From the NCBI GenBank assembly GCA_045652705.1, contig JAZRUV010000008.1:24620-88619 (forward strand): a DNA stretch of 64,000 nt. Reading direction: 5' to 3'. The position numbers were made by a program, and so were the translations under genes. The stretch is from Clostridia bacterium (GTDB taxonomy: Bacteria > Bacillota > Clostridia > TANB77 > CAG-465). The notes below the pieces were generated by a model. It was not told the origin of the DNA. It ran no database searches and was given only the letters and a program-made list of their open reading frames with translations. Of the stretch, positions 35,820-43,967 are shown in pieces; positions within the stretch are counted from its first letter, which is position 1, and each line of letters begins with the position of its first letter.

Positions 35820-35848
35820 TGCTTGGACAGCCGTAAAATAGGATGGTT

Positions 35849-35890
35849 AAAACTCGAAGGTTAAGGAGGAATCCATACCTTCGAGTTTTG
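35849..35890 (+). terminator. Rho-independent terminator
   Basis: 13-bp stem aaaactcgaaggt/accttcgagtttt with a 15-nt loop and a T-run. Confidence 0.8.
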
Positions 35891-35900
35891 CGTTGCGAAC

Positions 35901-35929
35901 TTGCAAACGTTACATAATTATGATATACT
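35901..35929 (+). promoter_or_regulatory. extended -10 promoter
   Basis: TTGCAA, 17-nt spacer, TGa-TATACT. Confidence 0.5.
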
Positions 35930-35981
35930 ATTGTGGTATACTAGATAATTCCTAAAATAATTATTGAAAGGAGTATTTGTT

Positions 35982-36356
35982 TTGAACAAAGCTGTACTTA
36001 TAGAAGAATTGGACCGTGTTGGTGTTATCGTGACTTCGTATGAATTTACTGCGTCAGGATATGTACTGGAGCTCAAACTGGATTGGAGAAAAGCCACTGG
36101 CTGGGAAGAACTTGAACACCTGCCAATTGTGGGAATAGAACTGGCTAAGATTAGATATACAGGTGCGTATACACGGAAAGTGCTGTTCGTTCCTAGCAAC
36201 AGCAAAGAATTTAAAGACTACGTTAACAAGCATATAAAATATTTTGGATTGGGAAAGCAGAAAGCGCTTAGCGATTTGCAAGAAACGGTTGAAAAGTTCG
36301 GTAAGAAATATACAAAAGTAGAGCTTTCTAATTATATTAAAAGGGTTGGAAAGTAA
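35982..36356 (+). CDS. hypothetical protein (about 124 aa)
   Basis: TTG 35982 lies 9 nt after AAAGGAG; the track ORF starts at 35964 inside the RBS. I recognise no motif. Confidence 0.5.
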   Translation: MNKAVLIEELDRVGVIVTSYEFTASGYVLELKLDWRKATGWEELEHLPIVGIELAKIRYTGAYTRKVLFVPSNSKEFKDYVNKHIKYFGLGKQKALSDLQETVEKFGKKYTKVELSNYIKRVGK

Positions 36357-36383
36357 CAGATTTAACAAAAATGTAATATATGT

Positions 36384-36413
36384 GGGTACAAAATTTGTGC
36401 CCATATATTTTTT
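36384..36413 (+). terminator. Rho-independent terminator
   Basis: Stem gggtac/gtgccc (extendable through a-t pairs), then atatatttttt. Confidence 0.7.
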
Positions 36414-36421
36414 GCTAATTT

Positions 36422-36455
36422 TTTTGCTACAAATTCACATAAATTTGTAGCAAAA
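36422..36455. repeat. 14-bp perfect inverted repeat abutting the infA promoter
   Basis: ttttgctacaaatt-cacata-aatttgtagcaaaa. It ends 3 nt before the -35 hexamer. Confidence 0.9.
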
Positions 36456-36457
36456 CG

Positions 36458-36486
36458 TTGACTTTGCAGCTCAAATACGTTATAAT
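36458..36486 (+). promoter_or_regulatory. infA/alpha-operon promoter
   Basis: TTGACT, 17-nt spacer, TATAAT. Confidence 0.6.
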
Positions 36487-36559
36487 TTACTTGTTAAGTT
36501 ATGCAAACTGGAGAAGTTTGCTAAATTAATGTTAAAACTCTAGAAAATAGGAGGAAAAT

Positions 36560-36778
36560 ATGGCAAAAGATGACGTTATAGAAGTTGAAGGAACAGTAGT
36601 AGAATCAATGCCTAATGCAGTATTTAAAGTTGAACTAGAAAACGGACATGTAGTAACAGCACATATTTCTGGAAAACTTAGAATGCATTATATTAAAATT
36701 TTACCAGGAGATAAAGTAAAATTAGAGCTTTCTACATACGACCTTACAAAAGGCAGAATAGTATGGAGAGACAAATAA
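36560..36778 (+). CDS. infA: translation initiation factor IF-1
   Basis: [13 protein letters not shown]...LENGH.V.AHISGK.R...I.ILPGD.V..E.S.YDL..GRI..R signature. Confidence 0.98.
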   Translation: MAKDDVIEVEGTVVESMPNAVFKVELENGHVVTAHISGKLRMHYIKILPGDKVKLELSTYDLTKGRIVWRDK

Positions 36779-36892
36779 TTTAATGTTGGTATAATCAAAC
36801 GCTAGAGCGGCTGTATGAGTAGGGTGTACAACTCATATATTTAGTGTTTGTTATATATATACACAGATAGTGGTTTAAGGAGGAAATACAAA

Positions 36893-37006
36893 ATGAAAGT
36901 AAGACCATCTGTAAAGAAAATTTGCGAAAAGTGCAAAGTAATCAGAAGAAATGGTGTGGTTAGAGTTATATGCGAAAACCCTAAACACAAACAAAGACAA
37001 GGTTAG
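36893..37006 (+). CDS. rpmJ: 50S ribosomal protein L36 (37 aa, below track cutoff)
   Basis: I translated [37 protein letters not shown] by hand. An AAGGAGG RBS is present, and the protein is the zinc-binding C+ form. Confidence 0.95.
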   Translation: MKVRPSVKKICEKCKVIRRNGVVRVICENPKHKQRQG

Positions 37007-37018
37007 GAGGAGCTTAAA

Positions 37019-37390
37019 ATGGCACGTATAGCAGGAGTAGATTTACCTAAAAATAAAGTTGTTGAAATTGGTTTAACAGCAATATATGGTATAGGTAGAA
37101 CATCAGCAAAAAAAATAATGGCTGAAGCAAATATCGATTCTTCAAAAAGAATTAAAGATTTAACTGAAGAAGAAGAAGCTAAAATAAGAGAGATAATCGA
37201 AAGAGATTATCTTGTAGAAGGAGACCTTAAGAGAGAAGTTTCTTTAAATATTAAGAGACTTATGGAAATTGGTTGCTACAGAGGAATCAGACACAAAAGA
37301 AAACTTCCAGTAAGAGGTCAAAGAACTAAAACAAATGCAAGAACAAGAAAAGGCCCTAGAAAAGTAGTGGCTAATAAGAAAGGAGTATAA
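37019..37390 (+). CDS. rpsM: 30S ribosomal protein S13
   Basis: [20 protein letters not shown] signature. Confidence 0.98.
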   Translation: MARIAGVDLPKNKVVEIGLTAIYGIGRTSAKKIMAEANIDSSKRIKDLTEEEEAKIREIIERDYLVEGDLKREVSLNIKRLMEIGCYRGIRHKRKLPVRGQRTKTNARTRKGPRKVVANKKGV

Positions 37391-37393
37391 GAC

Positions 37394-37786
37394 ATGGCAC
37401 CAGCAAAGAAAAAAACAACTAAAAGAAAAGTTAAGAAGAACGTTGCAAGTGGTGTTGCACACATCCATTCATCATTCAACAATACTATCGTTAGCATGAC
37501 TGATGAACAAGGTAACTTATTATCTTGGTCAAGTGCAGGTTCGCTTGGATTTAAAGGTTCTAGAAAAAATACTCCATTTGCAGCAAGTGAAGCAGCAACA
37601 GTTGCAGCTACTGCAGCAAAAGAACATGGTTTAAGAAAAGTATCAGTAAATATTAAGGGGCCTGGAGCTGGACGTGAAGCAGCAATTCGTGCGCTTCAAA
37701 CAGCAGGATTGGAAATAGATACAATTAAAGACGTAACTCCAATACCTCACAATGGTTGCAGACCACCTAAGAGAAGAAGAGTTTAG
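37394..37786 (+). CDS. rpsK: 30S ribosomal protein S11
   Basis: [17 protein letters not shown]...WSSAG..GFKGSRK.TPFAA signature. Confidence 0.98.
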   Translation: MAPAKKKTTKRKVKKNVASGVAHIHSSFNNTIVSMTDEQGNLLSWSSAGSLGFKGSRKNTPFAASEAATVAATAAKEHGLRKVSVNIKGPGAGREAAIRALQTAGLEIDTIKDVTPIPHNGCRPPKRRRV

Positions 37787-37801
37787 TGGGGGTGAAGAAA
37801 A

Positions 37802-38431
37802 GTGGCAAGATATACAGGAGCAAGTTGTAAGAGATGCAGACGCGAAGGACAAAAATTGTTCTTAAAAGGAGCAAGATGTAACACAGGTAAATGTGCTATA
37901 GAAAGAAGAAATTATGCACCAGGACAACACGGAAAAAACAAAGTGAAATTATCTGAATATGGTTTACAACTTCGTGCTAAACAAAAAGCTAAAGTTTACT
38001 ATGGAGTAAGTGAATCACAATTCGTTAAATATTATGAAGAAGCATTTAGAAGAGAAGGAGTTACTTCAGACATTCTATTTGGATTACTTGAAACAAGACT
38101 AGATAACGTATGCTACAGAATGGGTATAGGAACATCTAGACGTGAAAGCCGTCAATTAGTTGGATATGAAATGATTACTGTAAATGGTAAAAAAGTAAAT
38201 ATCCCATCTTACCAAGTTAGAGTTGGTGATGTTATAGCTATAAGAGCAGACAAAAAAGATAATAGTACAATGAAAATTATGGCTGAAAATGTTAAAGCTA
38301 AAAATATAGTTCCATGGTTAGAAATGGACAAAGAAAAATTAGAAGCTAAAGTATTAAGAATACCAGCAAGAGCTGACGTAGATCTTGAAGTAGCTGAGAA
38401 CCTAATTATTGAGTTATACTCTAAGAACTAG
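37802..38431 (+). CDS. rpsD: 30S ribosomal protein S4
   Basis: ARYTGASCKRCRREG.KLFLKG.RC signature. GTG start. Confidence 0.97.
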   Translation: MARYTGASCKRCRREGQKLFLKGARCNTGKCAIERRNYAPGQHGKNKVKLSEYGLQLRAKQKAKVYYGVSESQFVKYYEEAFRREGVTSDILFGLLETRLDNVCYRMGIGTSRRESRQLVGYEMITVNGKKVNIPSYQVRVGDVIAIRADKKDNSTMKIMAENVKAKNIVPWLEMDKEKLEAKVLRIPARADVDLEVAENLIIELYSKN

Positions 38432-38504
38432 TAAATAGATAAATTTTTAAAACTAACAAAATTATGTGTACGTGTAATCAGAGCGTACAGATAGGAGGAT
38501 TAAT

Positions 38505-39464
38505 ATGTTAGAAATGAAAAGACCAGAGATAAATTGTGTTGAAATAGATGTAGACACATATTATGCTAAGTTCGTTGTAGAACCACTTGAAAGGGGATTT
38601 GGAATTACCTTAGGTAATTCACTAAGAAGAATACTTCTTTCATCACTTCCAGGATATGCAATAAATACTTTGAAAATAGACAAAGTAGCACATGAATTTT
38701 CAACAATTCCAGGTGTATCTGAAGATGTTACAAATATAATTCTTAATTTAAAAGAAGTATGTTTAAAAGCTCTAAATCCTGAAGATACTGATGTTAAAAC
38801 ATTAAAAATATCTAAAAAAGGAGCTGGCGAAGTAACAGCAGCAGATATAGTTACTGATGGAACACTTGAAGTTATAAACCCAGATTTACATATAGCATAC
38901 CTTGATGATGATGGCGAACTTGAAGTAGAGATGACTGCAATAAAAGGTAGAGGATATATTTCTGGAGACAAAAATAGAGATGAAAACGGTGGAGCAATAA
39001 ACACTTTACCAATAGATTCTTTATTTACTCCAGTTAGAAAAGCAAACTTCATAGTAGATAAAACAAGAGTTGGTCAAGAAATAGATTTCGATAAACTTAC
39101 ACTTGAAATTTGGACTAATGGAGTTATAGAGCCATATGAAGCATTATCTATGGCTGCAAGAATACTAAATGAACATTTAGAGTTGTTTATAGACTTATCT
39201 GACATTGCTAAAAACATGTCAATAATGTCTCAAAAAGAATTATCTGAAAAAGATAAAATGCTTGAAACTCCAATTGAAGATTTAGAATTCTCAGTAAGAT
39301 CATACAACTGCTTAAAGAGAGCAGGAATACATACTGTTGCAGATATATTATCTAGAACAGAACATGATATGATGAAGGTTAGAAACCTTGGTAAGAAATC
39401 TTTAGATGAAGTAGTAGCAAAAGTTGCTTCTCTAGGATTATCTTTCAAAAAACCAGAAGAATAA
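38505..39464 (+). CDS. rpoA: DNA-directed RNA polymerase subunit alpha
   Basis: The N-terminal FVVEPLERGFG.TLGNSLRRILLSSLPG and the C-terminal domain LEFSVRSYNCLKRAGI.TV..L are both present. Confidence 0.98.
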   Translation: MLEMKRPEINCVEIDVDTYYAKFVVEPLERGFGITLGNSLRRILLSSLPGYAINTLKIDKVAHEFSTIPGVSEDVTNIILNLKEVCLKALNPEDTDVKTLKISKKGAGEVTAADIVTDGTLEVINPDLHIAYLDDDGELEVEMTAIKGRGYISGDKNRDENGGAINTLPIDSLFTPVRKANFIVDKTRVGQEIDFDKLTLEIWTNGVIEPYEALSMAARILNEHLELFIDLSDIAKNMSIMSQKELSEKDKMLETPIEDLEFSVRSYNCLKRAGIHTVADILSRTEHDMMKVRNLGKKSLDEVVAKVASLGLSFKKPEE

Positions 39465-39482
39465 TAGTAGGAGGAAAATAAA

Positions 39483-40007
39483 ATGCCAGGAACAAATAGA
39501 CTATCAAGAACAAAAGGAGCTAGGGATGCACTATTAAAAGGGCTAGTTACACAACTAATACAAAATGGTAAAGTTGAAACTACTCTTGCTAAAGCTAAGG
39601 AAGTTAAACCATTAGCAGATAGCATAATTAGTCTTGCAATTAAAGAGGCACCTAATTTTGAATCAAAGGAAAAAACAGTATCTAGAGCAAAATTAGATAA
39701 AAACGGTAAAAAAGTTAAAGTAGAAAAAACTTCTAAAAACGGTAAAAAATATCAAGTAGTAGATAGAGAAATCGTAAAAGCCACTGTTAAAGTAGACAAA
39801 CCATCTAAACTAGCTGCTAGAAGAAAAATGTTTAAATTAATAAACAAAATCCACGATTCAAAAGGAAATACTATAGATTTAACAGACAAATTGTTTGATG
39901 AAATCGCTCCTAAATACGAAGCAGGTAAAGGTGGTTATACAAGAATCACTAAACTTGTTGCTAGACGTGGCGATGCAGCTGAAATGGCTATAATCGAATT
40001 AATATAA
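39483..40007 (+). CDS. rplQ: 50S ribosomal protein L17 with an internal insertion of about 45 aa
   Basis: The L17 core ([20 protein letters not shown]...[21 protein letters not shown]) is interrupted by a K-rich insert, [10 protein letters not shown]...VDKPSK. Confidence 0.93.
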   Translation: MPGTNRLSRTKGARDALLKGLVTQLIQNGKVETTLAKAKEVKPLADSIISLAIKEAPNFESKEKTVSRAKLDKNGKKVKVEKTSKNGKKYQVVDREIVKATVKVDKPSKLAARRKMFKLINKIHDSKGNTIDLTDKLFDEIAPKYEAGKGGYTRITKLVARRGDAAEMAIIELI

Positions 40008-40020
40008 TAAGTACACAGAG

Positions 40021-40048
40021 ACGGGTTACATTATGTAGCCTGTTTTTC
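40021..40048 (+). terminator. alpha operon terminator
   Basis: 10-bp stem acgggttaca/tgtagcctgt (two G-U pairs), then ttttt. Confidence 0.55.
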
Positions 40049-40077
40049 TTGCAATTGCAGGATATCTGTGATATAAT
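40049..40077 (+). promoter_or_regulatory. extended -10 promoter of the tandem paralog pair
   Basis: TTGCAA, 17-nt spacer, TGa-TATAAT. Confidence 0.6.
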
Positions 40078-40124
40078 ACGGAAGAAATAAACTAAACCTA
40101 AAAATAATTATTGGAGGGAAATGT

Positions 40125-40604
40125 ATGATTGTTCTAATTCTTGGTTGTGTGCCCTTGCTGTTGGCATTTAGTTGGCATTGGATAGCGGGAGTTGTAGTAA
40201 GCGCAATATGTCTTTTGTTGCTTTTGCTTCCTATAGAAGGTTTTGAAGAAACAGAAAAAGACGACATTGAACTTATAAGATTAAAGAGAGGCAAAAATGA
40301 TCACACCTATTATATTGAGATAATTGGTAAAAACAAGGTTATCTTCGCTTATGATAATAGCGATATGTATGATTTAAATGGCGGAGCCTATGAAGAAGAT
40401 TTTAGAAAAGGTAAGATTAAAGTATATGAATCAAGCGAGTGTGAAGAACCTATTTTAAGAAGCTATACAACTAGACCTTCAAGAGAGTTCTTTACATTTG
40501 CACCGTTTTCTACCAAAAGAGAGTATGTTTTTTATGTGCCTGAAGGAACAGTTATTAATTATCAATACAAACGTTTTGAAACAAATCATGAAGAGGTAGT
40601 ATGA
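40125..40604 (+). CDS. membrane-anchored hypothetical protein (159 aa), paralog A
   Basis: The N-terminus is hydrophobic. The region YYIE..K..FAYDNSDMYDLNGGAYEED...KVYESSECEEP...REYVFYVPEGT is shared with the next ORF. Confidence 0.65.
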   Translation: MIVLILGCVPLLLAFSWHWIAGVVVSAICLLLLLLPIEGFEETEKDDIELIRLKRGKNDHTYYIEIIGKNKVIFAYDNSDMYDLNGGAYEEDFRKGKIKVYESSECEEPILRSYTTRPSREFFTFAPFSTKREYVFYVPEGTVINYQYKRFETNHEEVV

Positions 40605-40645
40605 ACTATTTTAAAATGCATAACAAGTATTAGGAGGAATGATTT

Positions 40646-41125
40646 GTGATTACTATACTAATAGGAATTATTTTAATTGTTTATCTAATAAAGAATGCTC
40701 ATAAATTAGATGAAGTACTAATTGCTTTGGGGTGTGTTGTCTCAATAGTAATTATAATTTGCGGTATCCTTGTTCCTATGGCTGGATATACCGAACCTAT
40801 GGTAGAGACTATAGAGCTTATGCCACTTAGATTAGAGCAAGCAACAGATAAAGTATATTACATTAAGGAAAAGGATAACTATTACTATTATGCCTATGAT
40901 AATAGTGAAGAGTATGGTTTGGCAGGAGGAGCATATGAGGAAAGCAGTGTATATAAAGGGTCGACTGTAAAATTGTACGAATCGGAAGAGTGTGTTACAC
41001 CTCTGCTGAAAGTGTTCAAGACCAAATCTAAAGTTTCTTGGTATACGTTTGCAGGTATGTGGGAAGAGGAAGAATATGTATTTTATATTCCTTTAGCCAC
41101 AAAACATGTAGTCGAAGAAGAGTAG
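40646..41125 (+). CDS. membrane-anchored hypothetical protein (159 aa), paralog B
   Basis: GTG start after AGGAGG. YYIKEKD.YYYYAYDNSEEYGLAGGAYEES...KLYESEECVTP...EEYVFYIPLAT is colinear with paralog A. Confidence 0.65.
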   Translation: MITILIGIILIVYLIKNAHKLDEVLIALGCVVSIVIIICGILVPMAGYTEPMVETIELMPLRLEQATDKVYYIKEKDNYYYYAYDNSEEYGLAGGAYEESSVYKGSTVKLYESEECVTPLLKVFKTKSKVSWYTFAGMWEEEEYVFYIPLATKHVVEEE

Positions 41126-41157
41126 ATGTGTGCTAAATATAGCACACATCTATTTTT
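41123..41157 (+). terminator. Rho-independent terminator
   Basis: 12-bp stem tagatgtgtgct/agcacacatcta, 6-nt loop, T5. Confidence 0.85.
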
Positions 41158-41190
41158 ATGTATTTAACCTTCACAAATGTTTACATAAAT

Positions 41191-41219
41191 TTGACATCTG
41201 CACAAAAATATGGTATAAT
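41191..41219 (+). promoter_or_regulatory. perfect consensus extended -10 promoter with no downstream ORF
   Basis: TTGACA (41191-41196), 17-nt spacer, TGg-TATAAT (41214-41219). Confidence 0.65.
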
Positions 41220-41225
41220 TTAAAT

Positions 41226-41600
41226 GTGCAAAACATTGAATAAGTAATAACTATTACAAAAAGATATAGTCAGATAGTCTAAATGACTAATGTTATATAA
41301 ATGCCAAATTGAAAAATAGAGTGTTTCATCGAAAGATATAATATATACGTTAGTATTGATGTACTAAATAAGCATAATATATCATATCCAAGTAAGGATA
41401 AACGTAGCTGGTTTTACACAGTTTATGCTAGTTTAAACTGGCACCGCATCCTAGATAGTTAAGCTATCTGGATTGGCGTTGTAGATGTGATCAGAGGCTC
41501 GTCTACACAGCTATAGTAATATATCCGAAACAACTCGCGTAAGCATATGAAATCAATAATAAATATAAAAATACAACCTTTGACTCTAAGGTTGTATTAT
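41226..41600 (+). ncRNA. candidate orphan noncoding RNA (about 375 nt, class unknown)
   Basis: It is bounded by the consensus promoter and a terminator hairpin. No ORF longer than about 23 codons is present. The 3' half (41400-41520) contains nested complementary segments: tagctg/cagcta, agatag/ctatct, gtagatg/cgtctac. Confidence 0.3.
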
Positions 41601-41605
41601 TTTAT
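41571..41605. terminator. bidirectional terminator (candidate ncRNA / tmcAL)
   Basis: 10-bp stem atacaacctt/aaggttgtat, 7-nt loop, with T-rich runs on both strands. It overlaps the tmcAL stop codon. Confidence 0.75.
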
Positions 41606-42788
41606 TTGTATAATCTAAATTACTTTCATTAAATAAATTATGTGCAAGTATATCTAGTTTAAGACTTTCAGAGATGTTTTTGTCTAAGCTCTCAATAAGG
41701 TCGTCGGTTATTTTAGATATAATAGTATTGCAAGCTTTTTTAGATATTTCGGACAGAAGATTTGAAGAGCCTCTTTTTACTTTTAATATTCTTGCGTAGT
41801 TAACATTTTTTAGATTGATCATTTTTTCCTTTGTAATTCCCAAAAGAATGTATACACAAATCCTTTTTATTTTGCTTAATGTATAACGTTTGCTTTTTAT
41901 ACTGAAAATATATTCGTTATAACTTTGGCAATTTAAAGCTTGTTTGTATAGTTTGTTTTCTAAACCTTCCGTGACCTCATAAATATCTTTAAGGCCAAAA
42001 GTATTTAATCTAATTATTTCATACTTTAAAATATCCCATAGATTTTCTGTTGTATTATAGTCATTATTAGATAGATAATTAAGAGTGTTGTTTGGAACAA
42101 CATTACCTATTTTTTTAAATTTATAATCATTAGACATGTTAGTATCTGAAAGGACATTTCTAATGCTTGTAGAACTTGCAAATTCGCTAGCATTTGAAAT
42201 TTTTGTATCTAAATGGCTAGAGGCTTGCCTGTGAACTAAAACTGGCTCAATTTGGCTCTTAAGAGAAGTTAAAGCCTTCAAATATTCTATGGCTAAAATG
42301 TTGTTAGGAAGCATTAAATCTGCCGGAACATCTCCTAAAAACTTATATAGAGAACTTGTATATGCATCCCCACTATTAATTCCTTGTTTTGTATATTTTT
42401 TAATATTTTGTATTATTTCATCTTTGTTATTAAGATAAACATTTGCAACTTTTTTTAGTAAATTTATATCTTGAGTTTCAGACCCAAATACTAGATGAGT
42501 AACAACTCCCAAACTATTTAAAATATTTACTGCACCAAATGCAAAGTTTTCTGCACTTGAGGTTGCATATACAATTGGTAATTCTATAACCATATCTGCG
42601 CCGTTTTCTATTGCAATAGTAGCTCTATCAAATTTATTAATGCAAGCAATATTTCCTTGTTCTGTAAAACTACCAGACATTATTACTATAACATAATCTG
42701 CATTTGTAAGTTCGCGAGCACGCTTAATGTTATATATATGTCCGTTATGCATTGGGTTATATTCTGCAATTATACCAACAACATTCAT
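41586..42788 (-). CDS. tmcAL: tRNA(Met) cytidine acetate ligase (YlbM/UPF0348 nucleotidyltransferase family)
   Basis: The N-terminus VGIIAEYNPMHNGHIYNIKRAREL...VIVIMSGSFTEQG is the HxGH-type motif of TmcAL. Confidence 0.8.
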   Translation of the reverse strand: MNVVGIIAEYNPMHNGHIYNIKRARELTNADYVIVIMSGSFTEQGNIACINKFDRATIAIENGADMVIELPIVYATSSAENFAFGAVNILNSLGVVTHLVFGSETQDINLLKKVANVYLNNKDEIIQNIKKYTKQGINSGDAYTSSLYKFLGDVPADLMLPNNILAIEYLKALTSLKSQIEPVLVHRQASSHLDTKISNASEFASSTSIRNVLSDTNMSNDYKFKKIGNVVPNNTLNYLSNNDYNTTENLWDILKYEIIRLNTFGLKDIYEVTEGLENKLYKQALNCQSYNEYIFSIKSKRYTLSKIKRICVYILLGITKEKMINLKNVNYARILKVKRGSSNLLSEISKKACNTIISKITDDLIESLDKNISESLKLDILAHNLFNESNLDYTNKIIQP

Positions 42789-42865
42789 ACTTTACTCCTT
42801 TACAATTTTTTTTACTTATTATATAATACCATAAAATACGGTGTTTAGCAATAAAGGAGAATATT

Positions 42866-43921
42866 ATGGAAAAGACAAAAGTAACAATTTATACAGATGG
42901 AGCTTGTAGTGGTAATCCTGGCCCTGGTGGCTATGCAGCAATAATAATGGCAGATGGAAATAAAAAAGAAATATATGGAGCTGAGAAAGACACTACAAAT
43001 AACAAAATGGAGTTAATGGCCGCAATAGAAGGATTAAAAGCTTTGAAGAGACCTTGTGAGGTAACACTTTATTCAGATAGTGCTTATCTTGTAAATGCAT
43101 ATAACAACGGTTGGATATATGGTTGGAAGAAAAATGGTTGGAAGACTTCTAGTAAAGAACCAGTAAAAAATATAGACTTATGGCAGGAAATAGAAGCGTT
43201 AAGGCAAATTCATACAATTACATTTGTAAAAGTAAAAGGCCATGCAGATAACGAATATAACAATAGATGCGATGAATTAGCGGTAGCAGCAATACAAAAA
43301 CTTCAAAATGGTGAGTTGGATACAAATTCAAATATCAATGAGCAAGAACAAACTAATATTCAAAGAGTGTTTGGAGGTTTACCAACATTTGAGACAGAAA
43401 GATTAAAAATACGTCTATTTAATGAAAATGATGTAGATGATTTATATGAATATTGTTCGGATGATGAAGTAACAAAATATTTAATATTTCCAACATATAG
43501 GTCGAGACAAGATGCTATAGATAGAATAAATTATTGTAAAGAAGGATATGAAAGACTTGAAGCGCCAATACTTTGGGCTATTGAATATAAAGAGGACGAA
43601 AAACTTATTGGCGGTATAGATTTCGTAAAATGGGATGAAGCAAATAATAAAGCGGAGATAGGGTATTTACTTAGTAGAAAGTATTGGAATAAAGGAATTA
43701 TGACGGAAGCTTTAGCTGCTATTATAGAATTTGGCTTTGAAAAAATGGGACTTAACAGAATTGAAATTTGTTGCGATGAAAGAAATATTGGTTCTGCCAG
43801 AGTAATGGAAAAGAATGGGTTGAAGTATGAAGGGACACTAAGACAAGAGAGATTTCAAAAAGGTGAATACGTAAATGTAAAATACTATTCTATTCTTAAA
43901 GACGAGTATAAAAACAGATAA
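42866..43921 (+). CDS. rnhA: RNase HI fused to a RimJ/RimL-type GNAT N-acetyltransferase
   Basis: Residues 1-145 match RNase HI: IYTDGACSGNPGPGGYA, NNKMELMA, LYSDSAYLV, KGHADNEYNNRCDELA. Residues from about 175 onward match a GNAT: FETERLKIRLF..NDVDDLYEY, plus the acetyl-CoA region YWNKGIMTEAL. Confidence 0.8.
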   Translation: MEKTKVTIYTDGACSGNPGPGGYAAIIMADGNKKEIYGAEKDTTNNKMELMAAIEGLKALKRPCEVTLYSDSAYLVNAYNNGWIYGWKKNGWKTSSKEPVKNIDLWQEIEALRQIHTITFVKVKGHADNEYNNRCDELAVAAIQKLQNGELDTNSNINEQEQTNIQRVFGGLPTFETERLKIRLFNENDVDDLYEYCSDDEVTKYLIFPTYRSRQDAIDRINYCKEGYERLEAPILWAIEYKEDEKLIGGIDFVKWDEANNKAEIGYLLSRKYWNKGIMTEALAAIIEFGFEKMGLNRIEICCDERNIGSARVMEKNGLKYEGTLRQERFQKGEYVNVKYYSILKDEYKNR

Positions 43922-43967
43922 AACATAAATTGCTTAGAATGTACATAATATGTTCTAGGTGATTTTT

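Noticed and set aside
21098-40007. Numerous minus-strand ORFs of 60-160 aa inside the ribosomal protein, secY, adk and rpoA genes (for example 22852-23124, 25420-25803, 26219-26512, 30130-30525, 38561-39052, 39230-39625).
   Set aside because: All are antisense to strongly recognisable conserved genes. They lack an RBS and give hydrophobic or low-complexity translations.
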